The notes beneath the pieces were generated by a model. That model was not told the origin of the DNA. It did no database searches and saw only the letters and a program-made list of their open reading frames with translations. A stretch of DNA of 64,000 bases from the NCBI GenBank assembly GCA_963579135.1, contig CAUZFB010000008.1:2049-66048 (forward strand). Direction: 5' to 3'. Both the position numbers and the translations under genes were made by a program. The DNA is from Dehalococcoidia bacterium (GTDB lineage: Bacteria; Chloroflexota; Dehalococcoidia; Lucifugimonadales; Australimonadaceae). This document shows positions 38,206 to 47,724 of this stretch, in pieces. Within the stretch, counting starts at the first letter, position 1; every line of letters begins with the position of its first letter.

Positions 38206-40737
38206 ATGGCAACCGACACTCAGCAACCGAAGCGTTCAGGCGAGAACAAGCGCGTCAGCGTCCTCCTACCCATCGAGGGCATGACGTGTGCGGCGTGCGT
38301 GTCGACCGTCACAGGCGCGATCGAACACGTGCCAGGCGTGAGCCAGGTCATGGTCAATCTCGCGACCGAAACGGCATTGATTGAGTACGACGCCGCGCAG
38401 GTCGACGTCAACGGGCTGATCAAAGCGGTCGCCCGCTCCGGCTACGGCACTGCCGAGGAGACCGCCACCGTTTCGGTCGGCGGGCTCGCCGACGCCAGCA
38501 CCGCCAATATCATCGAGACGACGCTCCGGAAGCTCGGGGGCGTACTCGCTACTGCGGCGAACCCCGCCACCGAGCAGGTCAGCGTCACCTTCGTCCCCGG
38601 TACGGTCGCGCCCGGCGACCTTCGAGAAGCCATCCGATCTGCGGGCTACGAACCAGGGGAGATCGCGAGCGCCGACGCACTGGAACTCGAGATGAGTCGC
38701 TTGGCGCGCAGCGCCGAGGTGCGAAAGCTCTGGAACAAGGTCATCGTCAGCGCCATCGCGACCACGGCCATCATGGTGCTCATGTTCGTCCCCGCCATCG
38801 GCCGCACGATTGGCATGACGTGGGTCAATATCGCCGCGCTCGCACTCGCCACCCCGGTCCAATTCTGGGCAGGTTGGCAGTTCTATACAAGTGCCATCGC
38901 GGCGGGGCGACACCGCACGTCCAACATGAACACACTCATCGCCCTCGGCACGAGCGTTGCGTACGGCTACAGCTTGCTAGTAACCGTCTTCGGCGGCCTC
39001 GTCGAGGGCGAGGAGTCCATCTACTTCGACACCTCCGCCATGATCATCGGCATCATCCTCATCGGTCGCTTGCTGGAGGCTCGCGCCAAGGGCAACGCGT
39101 CTGAGGCGATCCGGGCACTGATGGCGATGCAACCACGTACCGCCCACGTACTTCGCGACGGCGAAGACACAGAGCTTGCTATCGCCGACGTCGTCCCAGG
39201 CGATCTAGTGGTCGTGCGACCCGGCGAGCGCATGGCGGTGGACGGCGAGGTGATTGAAGGCGCATCGGGTGTCGACGAGTCGATGCTCACCGGTGAGAGC
39301 CTGCCCGTGGAGAAACACGCAGGCGATGGCGTATTCGGCGGCACCATCAACCAGACCGGCAGCCTGACGTTCCGAGCGACCAAGGTTGGAAGCGCGACGG
39401 CAATGGCCCAAATCGTACGCATGGTCCAGCAGGCGCAGGGCTCCAAAGCGCCCATCCAGCGCCTCGCGGATACCGTTGCGTCCTACTTCGTGCCAACTGT
39501 GCTGGCGATAGCCACGCTAACGTTTGTGCTGTGGGTCACCTTTGGGCCAGATCCAGCCTTCAACTTGGCGATGCTCAATACGGTAGCGGTGCTCATCATC
39601 GCTTGCCCCTGCGCCCTCGGCCTGGCCACACCCACGGCTGTCATGGTCGGCACCAGCGCCGGTGCACACCGAGGAATCCTTGTGCGCGGGGCCCACGCGC
39701 TGGAACAGGCGCACAAGGTGGACGTTGTCGTGTTCGACAAAACGGGCACGCTCACCCTTGGCAAGCCACAGGTGACCGATATCTTGGTCAGGGGAGAGTC
39801 CGACACAGAGGTGCTACGGCTCGCGGCATCTGTGGAGCAATTCAGTGAGCACCCGCTCGGAGCGGCCATCGTCGCAAGCGCCAAAGAGCGAGGGCTCGCC
39901 CTCTCCAAGGTCGACGCTTTCCAGACGGCGCCGGGCCTGGGCGTCCGTGCCGAAGTGGATGGCGAATCGATCACGGTGGGCAGCATGAAGCTCGCGGCGC
40001 AGGCCGGAGTAGAGATAGACGGTCCAGCCGAGAACTCAGCCAGATTGCTGTCAAAGCAGGGCAAGACCCCTATGGTAGTGCTCCGTGGCATGGCGCTCCT
40101 GGGTGTGCTTGCCGTCGCGGACACGGTGCGCACCGAGTCAGCTGAGGCGGTAGCCCAACTACAGACACTCGGCATCGACGTAGTCATGCTCACGGGCGAC
40201 GGTGAGGCGACGGCCCGCGCGATCGCATCGGAGCTGGGTATCGAGCGAGTGATAGCCGAGGTCATGCCATCGCAGAAGGCCGAGCAGGTCGCACAGCTGC
40301 AGGCCGAGGGCCAGAAGGTGGCGATGGTGGGCGATGGAGTCAACGACGCTCCGGCGCTCGCCGCTGCCGACGTTGGCATAGCCATCGGCACGGGCACCGA
40401 CATTGCGTTCGAGACAGCGGACGTGGCGCTCATGCACGCGGACGTCCGCGGCGTGGCGACTGCCATCGCGCTATCCAAGGCGACCATGCGAGCGATCCGG
40501 CAAAATCTCGTGTGGGCCTTCGGATACAACGTGGTGCTCATACCAGTCGCAGCAGGCGGGCTCTACCTGATCTTCGGGCAGGGAGGGGCACCCGATTCGC
40601 TCCGCTGGGCCCTCGGCGACAGCGGATTCCTGAATCCGATGCTGGCAGCGGTGGCGATGGCCATGAGCTCAGTGTCGGTCGTCAGCAACAGCCTGCGCCT
40701 GCGCCGATGGGGCAGGCAGCCCGAGCAGGACGCATAG
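38206..40737 (+). CDS. copA: copper-translocating P1B-type ATPase
   Basis: ATG 38206 is 2 nt downstream of the csoR stop. HMA domain [11 protein letters not shown] ([13 protein letters not shown]), [15 protein letters not shown]. The second HMA-like domain lacks the cysteines. Confidence 0.95.
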   Translation: MATDTQQPKRSGENKRVSVLLPIEGMTCAACVSTVTGAIEHVPGVSQVMVNLATETALIEYDAAQVDVNGLIKAVARSGYGTAEETATVSVGGLADASTANIIETTLRKLGGVLATAANPATEQVSVTFVPGTVAPGDLREAIRSAGYEPGEIASADALELEMSRLARSAEVRKLWNKVIVSAIATTAIMVLMFVPAIGRTIGMTWVNIAALALATPVQFWAGWQFYTSAIAAGRHRTSNMNTLIALGTSVAYGYSLLVTVFGGLVEGEESIYFDTSAMIIGIILIGRLLEARAKGNASEAIRALMAMQPRTAHVLRDGEDTELAIADVVPGDLVVVRPGERMAVDGEVIEGASGVDESMLTGESLPVEKHAGDGVFGGTINQTGSLTFRATKVGSATAMAQIVRMVQQAQGSKAPIQRLADTVASYFVPTVLAIATLTFVLWVTFGPDPAFNLAMLNTVAVLIIACPCALGLATPTAVMVGTSAGAHRGILVRGAHALEQAHKVDVVVFDKTGTLTLGKPQVTDILVRGESDTEVLRLAASVEQFSEHPLGAAIVASAKERGLALSKVDAFQTAPGLGVRAEVDGESITVGSMKLAAQAGVEIDGPAENSARLLSKQGKTPMVVLRGMALLGVLAVADTVRTESAEAVAQLQTLGIDVVMLTGDGEATARAIASELGIERVIAEVMPSQKAEQVAQLQAEGQKVAMVGDGVNDAPALAAADVGIAIGTGTDIAFETADVALMHADVRGVATAIALSKATMRAIRQNLVWAFGYNVVLIPVAAGGLYLIFGQGGAPDSLRWALGDSGFLNPMLAAVAMAMSSVSVVSNSLRLRRWGRQPEQDA

Positions 40738-40785
40738 GCGCGGACAAGACCCCACGACCCCTGAACTAGTACCAAGGAGCAATCG

Positions 40786-41010
40786 ATGACGCAGTTAGAC
40801 GTTATATTCGGCAAACCTGGCGACACCGCGATCGACCCGGTCTGCAAGATGACCGTGCAGAAGGCCAGCCCCGCGGGCGGCATCGCCGAACACGAGGGGA
40901 AGACCTACTACTTCTGCAACCCCGGTTGCCGCGAAGCGTTCGTCGCCGAACCCACGAAGTTCCTGAACAGCGACGAGGCCGACGCCGGCCACATGGGCCA
41001 CCAGCACTAG
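40786..41010 (+). CDS. YHS/TRASH domain metal-binding protein
   Basis: 74-aa ORF ..DPVCKMTV.......GKTYYFCNPGCREAF..P.KFL.. with a His/Met-rich tail GHMGHQH. Confidence 0.8.
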   Translation: MTQLDVIFGKPGDTAIDPVCKMTVQKASPAGGIAEHEGKTYYFCNPGCREAFVAEPTKFLNSDEADAGHMGHQH

Positions 41011-41076
41011 GCCCCCCCTAGGGAGGGATGCACCCGCTGGCTCCCAACCGCTATCTAAGAGAGCGATGGACGACTT

Positions 41077-41523
41077 ATGACCACGCTGACCGCTACCACT
41101 ATCGTCGCCTATCTGCCCGGAGGGATGCTCTCCGCGGACCTCCTGGGTAAGCGATGGCACGGCGCTAACATTCGCGCGCTCGGATTAGGCAACGTCGGGG
41201 CGGCGAGCGCCGCAGAGGCGTTCGGAGCGCGAGCCGGTGCGATGGTCGTCGACGCGACCAAGGGCGCAGCGGCGGCCGGGCTGGCAAACGGGACACAAGC
41301 TGCAGGTGAGCTCGTGGAAGATCCAATCGGCGGTCTTCTTCTGGACCACGGGCGTGAACTCGCGCAGCACATCCCCGCCACACATCCACCTAAAGATGAC
41401 CGTTTGATGCGGGGCACCCACACTTCCGACCCTAGCGCGCCGCTTGACGGCCATCCATGCGAGCAATGCGGACGTCAATCACGGCCGCCTGGCCGGCGTG
41501 GACACGCTCCAGGCCTCGCCTGA
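41077..41523 (+). pseudogene. PlsY (glycerol-3-phosphate acyltransferase)-like N-terminal remnant
   Basis: The first ~70 codons, ..IVAYLPGGMLSADLLGKRWHGANIRALGLGNVGAASAAEAFGARAGAMVVDATKGAAAAGLA, parallel PlsY ..AYL.GSI....L......D.R..GSGN.GATN..R..G......V...D.LKG.. with degenerate catalytic residues. The rest is non-homologous and overlaps the convergent TPP-enzyme gene. Confidence 0.35.
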
Positions 41524-43210
41524 TTGCAGGCTCGATCTCGGCGGGGTCTTCGACTGTCTCGCCGTACGCGCGGCACGCCTGGACGAGGACAGCATAGTCG
41601 GGCGACGGGTCGATGGCGGTGCCTAGGAAGTCGTTGTTGGTCTTACCCACTCCGTCCGGGTAGTAGCGACTCCAACTGTTGACCGTGGCCATGTGCTGAG
41701 CATTGTTGTAGATGATCGTCAGAAACGGAGTGTTGTATTTCTCCGCTGCCCAGAATGCCGAAGTCGGCCGGGCGAACACGAACGAGCCGTCGCCCTCCAG
41801 CGCGATGACGTCTCGATCGGGATTCGCGAGCTTGGCGCCGATGGCCGCACCGAGCCCCCAACCCAGGCTGGAACCACCCGACGTGAACACCGTTCCCGGT
41901 ACTTTCCTGTCCGACATGGCGATCCATGGCCAACCACCAGACATGCCCTCGTTCATGACGATAGCGTCGTCAGAGATCACCTGCTCTAGGCAGTACGCAG
42001 CCCACAGTGGGTGGATCGGACGCTCGTCCTTGTGAGATAACGCCGTCTCCTCAAGGCGGGCGCGCTCAGCGACGGTGTTGGCGGTGTATCTCTCGATGCG
42101 CCTGGCTGCCCGAGCCTTATCGGTGTCGGTCATACGTGCCTTCAACGCTTCGAGCAGCGCGGGCAAAGCGATCTTGGATGATGCATGCATCATCAGGTCA
42201 GCGGGGTAGGACCACATGGGGATGGTGTCCTTGGTGGGGTCCATGTCAATCCAGGCCACCTTGGCGCTGGGCTCCAGCGTCTCCTGGTCAGGGATCCACG
42301 GGTTGTCGTGATCGACGACGAAGATCACGTCCGCGTCCTTCACGCTTGGTGCGCCACACGTCATGGCGTTCAGCGGGTGCTGCGTGGGGAAGTTCAGCCG
42401 TGTGCCGATGGCACCCTGGACCGGCGCGCCGGTGAGCTCCGCGATCTCAGTGAGCACGGACACCGTCTCTATGTAGCGGCCCGAGGAGCCCACGATGATC
42501 AGAGGATTCTCCGACCCAGCAAGCCAGTCAGCCAGCAACGCCAGCGACCCCGGGTCAGCGGCGGGAGCCGAGGGCTGACCATGGCGGCCAGGCGGCGGGA
42601 GCTGCAACTCGGTCATCTTCTCGATGAGAAGCTCCCTCGGGAGCGTCATGTACACCGGCCCCGCGGGTTCCGCTTCAGCGACCTGATGCGCCTTCGTCAT
42701 CACCCAATTGAGGCTTTCGTTATTACGCAGCTCATAGTCCCATTTAGTGAACGTACGCACGATTCCGTTCTGGTCGGGCTGCTCCTGGATCCAATGGATG
42801 TTCATGTCCTTGCCGCCGCGCACTGCTCCCCCGATCGTCGATGGGGCACGCCCAGCGAACACCATGATGGCCACGCGATCCCGTTGAGCGTCGTGGTACG
42901 CGCCACCGATGTTTATGGTTCCTGCGTCCACGTGCACGAGCACCGCCTGGGCGCGGCCCGTGTTCTGGTAGTACCCGTGGGCCGCGAACATGGCCGTGGT
43001 CTCATCGATGCACAGGATGATCTGGGGAACCGTTCGCTCCTGCTCCATCATGCGCTGGATGGCCTCCAGGATGGGGAATACGTCGGTGCCCGAGTTCAGG
43101 AAGATGTACTCAACGCCATTGTTGTTGAGCATCTCGACGAACGCTTCGGCCCCGTCCTCAACCGGGATCGCTAGGAGCCTGCGTTCTGCTGAGTCGTTGG
43201 TAGTTGCCAT
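41432..43210 (-). CDS. thiamine-pyrophosphate-dependent enzyme (acetolactate synthase large subunit-like family)
   Basis: 592-aa ORF with an N-terminal Pyr domain (..GVEYIFLNSGTD..), a central domain, and the C-terminal TPP motif ..EGDGSFVF...NN... Confidence 0.9.
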   Translation of the reverse strand: MATTNDSAERRLLAIPVEDGAEAFVEMLNNNGVEYIFLNSGTDVFPILEAIQRMMEQERTVPQIILCIDETTAMFAAHGYYQNTGRAQAVLVHVDAGTINIGGAYHDAQRDRVAIMVFAGRAPSTIGGAVRGGKDMNIHWIQEQPDQNGIVRTFTKWDYELRNNESLNWVMTKAHQVAEAEPAGPVYMTLPRELLIEKMTELQLPPPGRHGQPSAPAADPGSLALLADWLAGSENPLIIVGSSGRYIETVSVLTEIAELTGAPVQGAIGTRLNFPTQHPLNAMTCGAPSVKDADVIFVVDHDNPWIPDQETLEPSAKVAWIDMDPTKDTIPMWSYPADLMMHASSKIALPALLEALKARMTDTDKARAARRIERYTANTVAERARLEETALSHKDERPIHPLWAAYCLEQVISDDAIVMNEGMSGGWPWIAMSDRKVPGTVFTSGGSSLGWGLGAAIGAKLANPDRDVIALEGDGSFVFARPTSAFWAAEKYNTPFLTIIYNNAQHMATVNSWSRYYPDGVGKTNNDFLGTAIDPSPDYAVLVQACRAYGETVEDPAEIEPAIRRGLERVHAGQAAVIDVRIARMDGRQAAR

Positions 43211-43243
43211 CTTCCCTCTCCATGTGACCTACGAGTTGGCGAT

Positions 43244-44281
43244 CTAATCTACGAGGCCATAGAAACGCGCTGCAGTGTCGTGGAGCAGCGCCTGCCGCTG
43301 CGCCCCGGTGAGGTTCTGTATCCGGTGCAGCGATTGCGGGTACTCGCAGTCCCAGTGCGGGTAATCTGACGCGTACATCACGGTGTCCGCGCCGATCACG
43401 TCCATAACGTGGGAAAGCATGCGTTCGTTGGACTCACACCCGAAGAATATGTCGCCACTCGCGTGGACGTAGGAGCTGGGCACGTTCTTGACCAACGGTG
43501 CGTCCACGGCGCCACGGCTCTCGTACTCCTCGTCAAGGCGGTCCAGCCACCAGGGCACCCACGTGGCGCCGGTCTCGAGGAACGCGAACCTGACCGAGGG
43601 GAACTTATCGAACACTCCCTCGAACATCATGCTCGTGAAATGACGCAGGATGCCGAAGGGATGAGCGACTGAATGCGCCTGAATGAACTTGGGGAACACC
43701 TCTGCGCCGAGTGCATTGCTGGAACCCGACGCGTGCACGGTCACAGGGAAATCGAGCTCAGCGGCAGCCGCATAGACGCCATCGAATCGTTCGTTCCCAA
43801 GCAGGTGCGTACCATCGGCAGGGAACATGACCCCCGCCAACCCAAGCTCCTTCGACCGTCGCAATTCAGCCTCGGCTGCATCCTGGTGGTGCGTTGGCAG
43901 CAAGCCCACCGCCAGGAGTCGACCGCTGCTGGGCTCACAGATGTCGCCGGCGACCCACGTGTTGTAAGCACGGCAAAGTGCCGCCTGGTAGTCAGGGTCC
44001 TTCACGAACCCCGAGAACAGGCCCAGCGTGGGAAAGAGAATGCTCTTGGCCATGGGGCCTAGATCCAGCGCGTCCAACCACTCCTGCGTGGTGCGAGCGC
44101 GGCCCTTGAGCAGACGCGTCCCTAGATTGCGGTCGACGCCATCCAGTGGAACCAGCGCTGATGACTCCATGGGAGTGCTTCGGAATTCTCGATACGGCTC
44201 CTCAAGCAGCTCAGCGAGCCGCTTCGGGTTCTCCATGACATGGCCATCGCCGTCGATGGCTGAGACCTGCATCGGAGCCAT
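43244..44281 (-). CDS. amidohydrolase family protein (amidohydrolase_2 / ACMSD-like)
   Basis: 345-aa ORF with an N-terminal metal ligand context ..IDGDGHV.. and a C-terminal ..YASDYPHWD.. typical of this family. Confidence 0.85.
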   Translation of the reverse strand: MAPMQVSAIDGDGHVMENPKRLAELLEEPYREFRSTPMESSALVPLDGVDRNLGTRLLKGRARTTQEWLDALDLGPMAKSILFPTLGLFSGFVKDPDYQAALCRAYNTWVAGDICEPSSGRLLAVGLLPTHHQDAAEAELRRSKELGLAGVMFPADGTHLLGNERFDGVYAAAAELDFPVTVHASGSSNALGAEVFPKFIQAHSVAHPFGILRHFTSMMFEGVFDKFPSVRFAFLETGATWVPWWLDRLDEEYESRGAVDAPLVKNVPSSYVHASGDIFFGCESNERMLSHVMDVIGADTVMYASDYPHWDCEYPQSLHRIQNLTGAQRQALLHDTAARFYGLVD

Positions 44282-44299
44282 GACTCCCCTTATCCCCTG

Positions 44300-45088
44300 C
44301 TACTCGCCACCGTTGACCAAGATGGTCACCCCGTTCACGAATGACGCGGCGTCGGAGGCCAGGAACCCCGCGACACCAGCGATGTCGTCGGCCACACCCA
44401 CTCGGCCAACCGCTATCCGCTCCGCGGCACCAGCCATCTCGGGCCGTACGTAGCCGGCTGGCCGCGGCGTTTCAATAGTGCCGGGCGCTATGCACACTGC
44501 ACGCACGTCCGGACCCCACTGTTGCGCCATGCGGAGTGTCATCTGGTGAACCGCTGCCTTTGCGGCCCCATACGCGGTGAGATCGCCTGTGCGTGAGCCC
44601 GGGTTCGCAAAACCGGAAGACGACCCTACGTTGATGATAACGCCTCTACCACCAGCCTTCATGTGCGGCACGACAGCTTGCGCGCACAGGAAACCTGTCT
44701 TCACGTTGGATTCGAAAGTCGTCATGAAGTCATGCTCGCTCATGTCCAACAGCGCAGCTCGGTGGTACTGCGGCATGTCCGGGTTCCGAGCGAACGTCCC
44801 CCCCGCGACGTTCATGAGGATGTCGATGCGGCCGAACCGCTTCATGGTCTGCGCCACCATGCGCTTGACCTCATCCGCATTGGCGACATTGGCGGCAATA
44901 CCCAACGCCTCCACGCCCCGCGATTCTATGTCCGCTACGATGGGCGGGATCGAATCGGCGGGGACACTTGCGATAACGACGTTCGCTCCAGCGTCGGCGA
45001 AGGCGCGCGCACTGGCGCTGCCGATCCCCCCGCTACCACCGGTCACGATCGCGACGCGCCCTTCCAACGAGTAACGCGAAAAGTCCAT
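44300..45088 (-). CDS. SDR family oxidoreductase
   Basis: 262-aa ORF with TGGSGGIG cofactor motif, NVAG, and YGAAK catalytic motif. Confidence 0.9.
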   Translation of the reverse strand: MDFSRYSLEGRVAIVTGGSGGIGSASARAFADAGANVVIASVPADSIPPIVADIESRGVEALGIAANVANADEVKRMVAQTMKRFGRIDILMNVAGGTFARNPDMPQYHRAALLDMSEHDFMTTFESNVKTGFLCAQAVVPHMKAGGRGVIINVGSSSGFANPGSRTGDLTAYGAAKAAVHQMTLRMAQQWGPDVRAVCIAPGTIETPRPAGYVRPEMAGAAERIAVGRVGVADDIAGVAGFLASDAASFVNGVTILVNGGE

Positions 45089-45132
45089 TGGTGCTCTCCT
45101 ACAGCTAGATTGATCGCCCGCAAACGTACGGG

Positions 45133-45939
45133 CTACGCCCCACCGTTGAGGTCCAGGTATGAGGCGTTGAAGAAAGCGCCCGCATCGGACGCGATGTAGA
45201 CAGCTGCGGCCGCGATGTCCGCTGGCGTACCGAAACGTCCGATCTGAATCTCCGCCAACGATTTTGCGCGGCGTTCAGGTGCTTCGGTCCGCACTCGGCG
45301 CGGCGTCATGAAGTGGCCGGCGTTGATGCAGTTAACGCGGATGTTCGGCTCCCATTCCTTTGCCATGTTCCGCGTAAGGTGCATGACAGCGGCCTTGGTC
45401 ATGTTGTACACGCTCATCACAGGCTCAGGCATCCGATATTCGCGGGCACCAATGGACGACATGTTTATGACCACGCCCTTGCCACGCTCAAGCATGTGCG
45501 GAACGATCTCGTGGCAGCAGACGAACACGGAGCCCACGTTGATGTTGAACGCCTCCATTAAGTCGGCCTTGTCCATATCGAGCAGGCGGCCTCGGCTGAA
45601 CGTGGGGCCCTGCGAGCCACCGACCACGTTCATCAGGATGTCAATCTGGCCGAACCGCTCCAGCGCCGCGTCCCGCATGCGGGCGACCGACTCAATGTCG
45701 GTAACGTCGGTGGAAACGCCCAGCACCTGACCACCCTTCGCCTCGATCTCAGCAACGACGCTGTCGATCTTTTCCTGCGTTCGCGCCGCAACCACGACGC
45801 TGGCTCCGGCATCCACGAAGCCGTGGGCGATCATGCGCCCAATACCGTCGCTCCCCCCAGTGACGACCGCGACTCGCCCCTTAAGCGAGAAGAGATCTAG
45901 GGAAAACTGGGGGACTTCATTCTGTGTTGTCATTGGCAA
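45133..45939 (-). CDS. SDR family oxidoreductase
   Basis: 268-aa ORF with TGGSDGIG, NVVG, and YNMTK (YxxxK). Confidence 0.9.
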   Translation of the reverse strand: MPMTTQNEVPQFSLDLFSLKGRVAVVTGGSDGIGRMIAHGFVDAGASVVVAARTQEKIDSVVAEIEAKGGQVLGVSTDVTDIESVARMRDAALERFGQIDILMNVVGGSQGPTFSRGRLLDMDKADLMEAFNINVGSVFVCCHEIVPHMLERGKGVVINMSSIGAREYRMPEPVMSVYNMTKAAVMHLTRNMAKEWEPNIRVNCINAGHFMTPRRVRTEAPERRAKSLAEIQIGRFGTPADIAAAAVYIASDAGAFFNASYLDLNGGA

Positions 45940-45962
45940 TCTTTCCCTGTGTCTAAACCTGT

Positions 45963-46478
45963 CTAGTACCAGCCGTGCCCACGAATAAGGCCACGCAGGT
46001 ATGCGACCTGTCCGACGTGCTGAATGTTGTCGTTGAGGATCACCGCAAGACGCTGGGTCGTCGGCTGCGGAGGCCTTCCGGGGATGGTGGACTCCACCAC
46101 ACGGTCCATGTCCGCTTCCGTGAGACCTTCGATTATCGCTAAGCTCTTCTCAGCGACCGCGTCGAAGTAGCCCACCAGCGTCGCGAAATCCTTGGGGTCG
46201 AACAGGTGAACGTCGGCTGGCGCGAACATGGGTAGCTCACCGGCCATGCCGAAGCGGGCGCCCCAGCCGCCAGATTCCCAGATCGAGGTCTCTCCTACGA
46301 TGCTCGCAGATATGTTGTCGCGCGTGCGGGTGAGGTGCCACACCAGCCAACCGATGGGATTGCTCTCCTGTCCGGCAGGTTGGTTCTGCAGCTCATCCGT
46401 GCTCAGGTCTTCCAATGCGCGCCGCAAGTCGGTATCGGATCGCCGGATGGCGGCAACATACAGGTCAGTCGTGCTCAT
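45963..46478 (-). CDS. DinB family protein
   Basis: 171-aa ORF with a four-helix DinB-like pattern and His residues (..WLVWHLTR.., ..NIQHVGQVAYLRG..). Confidence 0.8.
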   Translation of the reverse strand: MSTTDLYVAAIRRSDTDLRRALEDLSTDELQNQPAGQESNPIGWLVWHLTRTRDNISASIVGETSIWESGGWGARFGMAGELPMFAPADVHLFDPKDFATLVGYFDAVAEKSLAIIEGLTEADMDRVVESTIPGRPPQPTTQRLAVILNDNIQHVGQVAYLRGLIRGHGWY

Positions 46479-46508
46479 GGGATTTCCTTCTGGCGGGCGA
46501 AAGCGAGT

Positions 46509-47036
46509 TTAGATATTCATCCAGCCGAAGCCTTCAACCAGGCCGCGCGCATACATCACTTGCCCCGCATGTTGAGTGTTGTCCGAGATGATGCTCACCA
46601 GGCGCACTCCCACGGTCGGCAGCGGGTTGTACTGCGGCTCGTCAATCTCCGCTTCGAGGTCGCCAGGCTTCACAGTCGCGAGGTACTGCTTCGCGCGATC
46701 ATAAACGGCATCTGCGTAGCCCAACGAAAGGGCACCGGAATCGACCTTGAGGGCCGCCACCTGCTCCAGCGTGTGACCCGTACCGATCTCCTTCTGGTCC
46801 TTCGCCATGCCGAACTTCTCGTGCCAGCCATCGGAGACCCACAACTGCGGTACCTCCAGGAGGTCGGAGATGTGGTGGTCTTGCACGCGGCATAGGTGCC
46901 ACGCCAACCAGGCCATCGAGTTCGACTCCGGCGTCGGCTGCGCATTCAGCGTCTCGACGGCGACACCATCGATAGCGCGGTGCAGAATCCGGTTCACTCG
47001 ACCCAGCGCATCAGCTACGACCTCGGCTCCGTCCAT
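46509..47036 (-). CDS. DinB family protein (paralog of the downstream gene)
   Basis: 175-aa ORF with ..WLAWHLCRVQDHH.. and ..NTQHAGQVMYARG.., the same layout as 45963..46478. Confidence 0.8.
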   Translation of the reverse strand: MDGAEVVADALGRVNRILHRAIDGVAVETLNAQPTPESNSMAWLAWHLCRVQDHHISDLLEVPQLWVSDGWHEKFGMAKDQKEIGTGHTLEQVAALKVDSGALSLGYADAVYDRAKQYLATVKPGDLEAEIDEPQYNPLPTVGVRLVSIISDNTQHAGQVMYARGLVEGFGWMNI

Positions 47037-47175
47037 GTCTATCTCCTAACTTGCGTGGGCCCGCGCATCATTCCAGGAGTTGTCACGTGATTCGTCGTGT
47101 TCTAGAGGCGGCATCACGCCCTCCTTGCCAGCGGGCCACATGATAGCGCACGCCCCCATGCTATGATGCCCCTAG

Positions 47176-47724
47176 GTGGTTCCACCCATGCCCACAGGCC
47201 CGCAGAAGCGCTCCGTCGACGTCCGTGTTTTCCCTGCTTTCAGAGGTCTTGTAAAGATGCCTTTCGCGCGGCGCGCCGCCGTCGCAGCACTGAAGGTGGC
47301 TGACCCCAACGGTGAGCGGAACGTGAGCGTGGTGGTCGCGGATGACGACACGCTCCACAATCTGAACCTACGCTACCGGGGCTTCGACGAGCCCACTGAC
47401 GTCTTGTCGTTCGGCGATGAAAGCGACGCCTCCTTGGCTGAAGAAAACGCCGACGACGGCCCCGCGTTCCCCGACCTGCCCGGCGAATCTCTCCCGCTTG
47501 GAGAGATCGTGCTGTCCTACCCCTTGGCTGTTCGACAGGCAGGCGAGCACAATGTCACCGTTGACAACGAGGTGGCGCTGCTCATCGTCCACGGCGTCCT
47601 GCATCTACTGGGACACGACCATGCCAAGCCAGACGAGAAGGCGACGATGCAGGTGCTTGAAGCACAAGCGCTGACAGCGCTTTTCCCCAAGCGAATCGGG
47701 GCCACCCAGGAGGCGAGTAGATGA
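47176..47724 (+). CDS. ybeY: rRNA maturation endoribonuclease YbeY
   Basis: HGVLHLLGHDH zinc motif. The start is uncertain (GTG 47176 or ATG 47188). 4-nt overlap with dnaX. Confidence 0.85.
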   Translation: MVPPMPTGPQKRSVDVRVFPAFRGLVKMPFARRAAVAALKVADPNGERNVSVVVADDDTLHNLNLRYRGFDEPTDVLSFGDESDASLAEENADDGPAFPDLPGESLPLGEIVLSYPLAVRQAGEHNVTVDNEVALLIVHGVLHLLGHDHAKPDEKATMQVLEAQALTALFPKRIGATQEASR

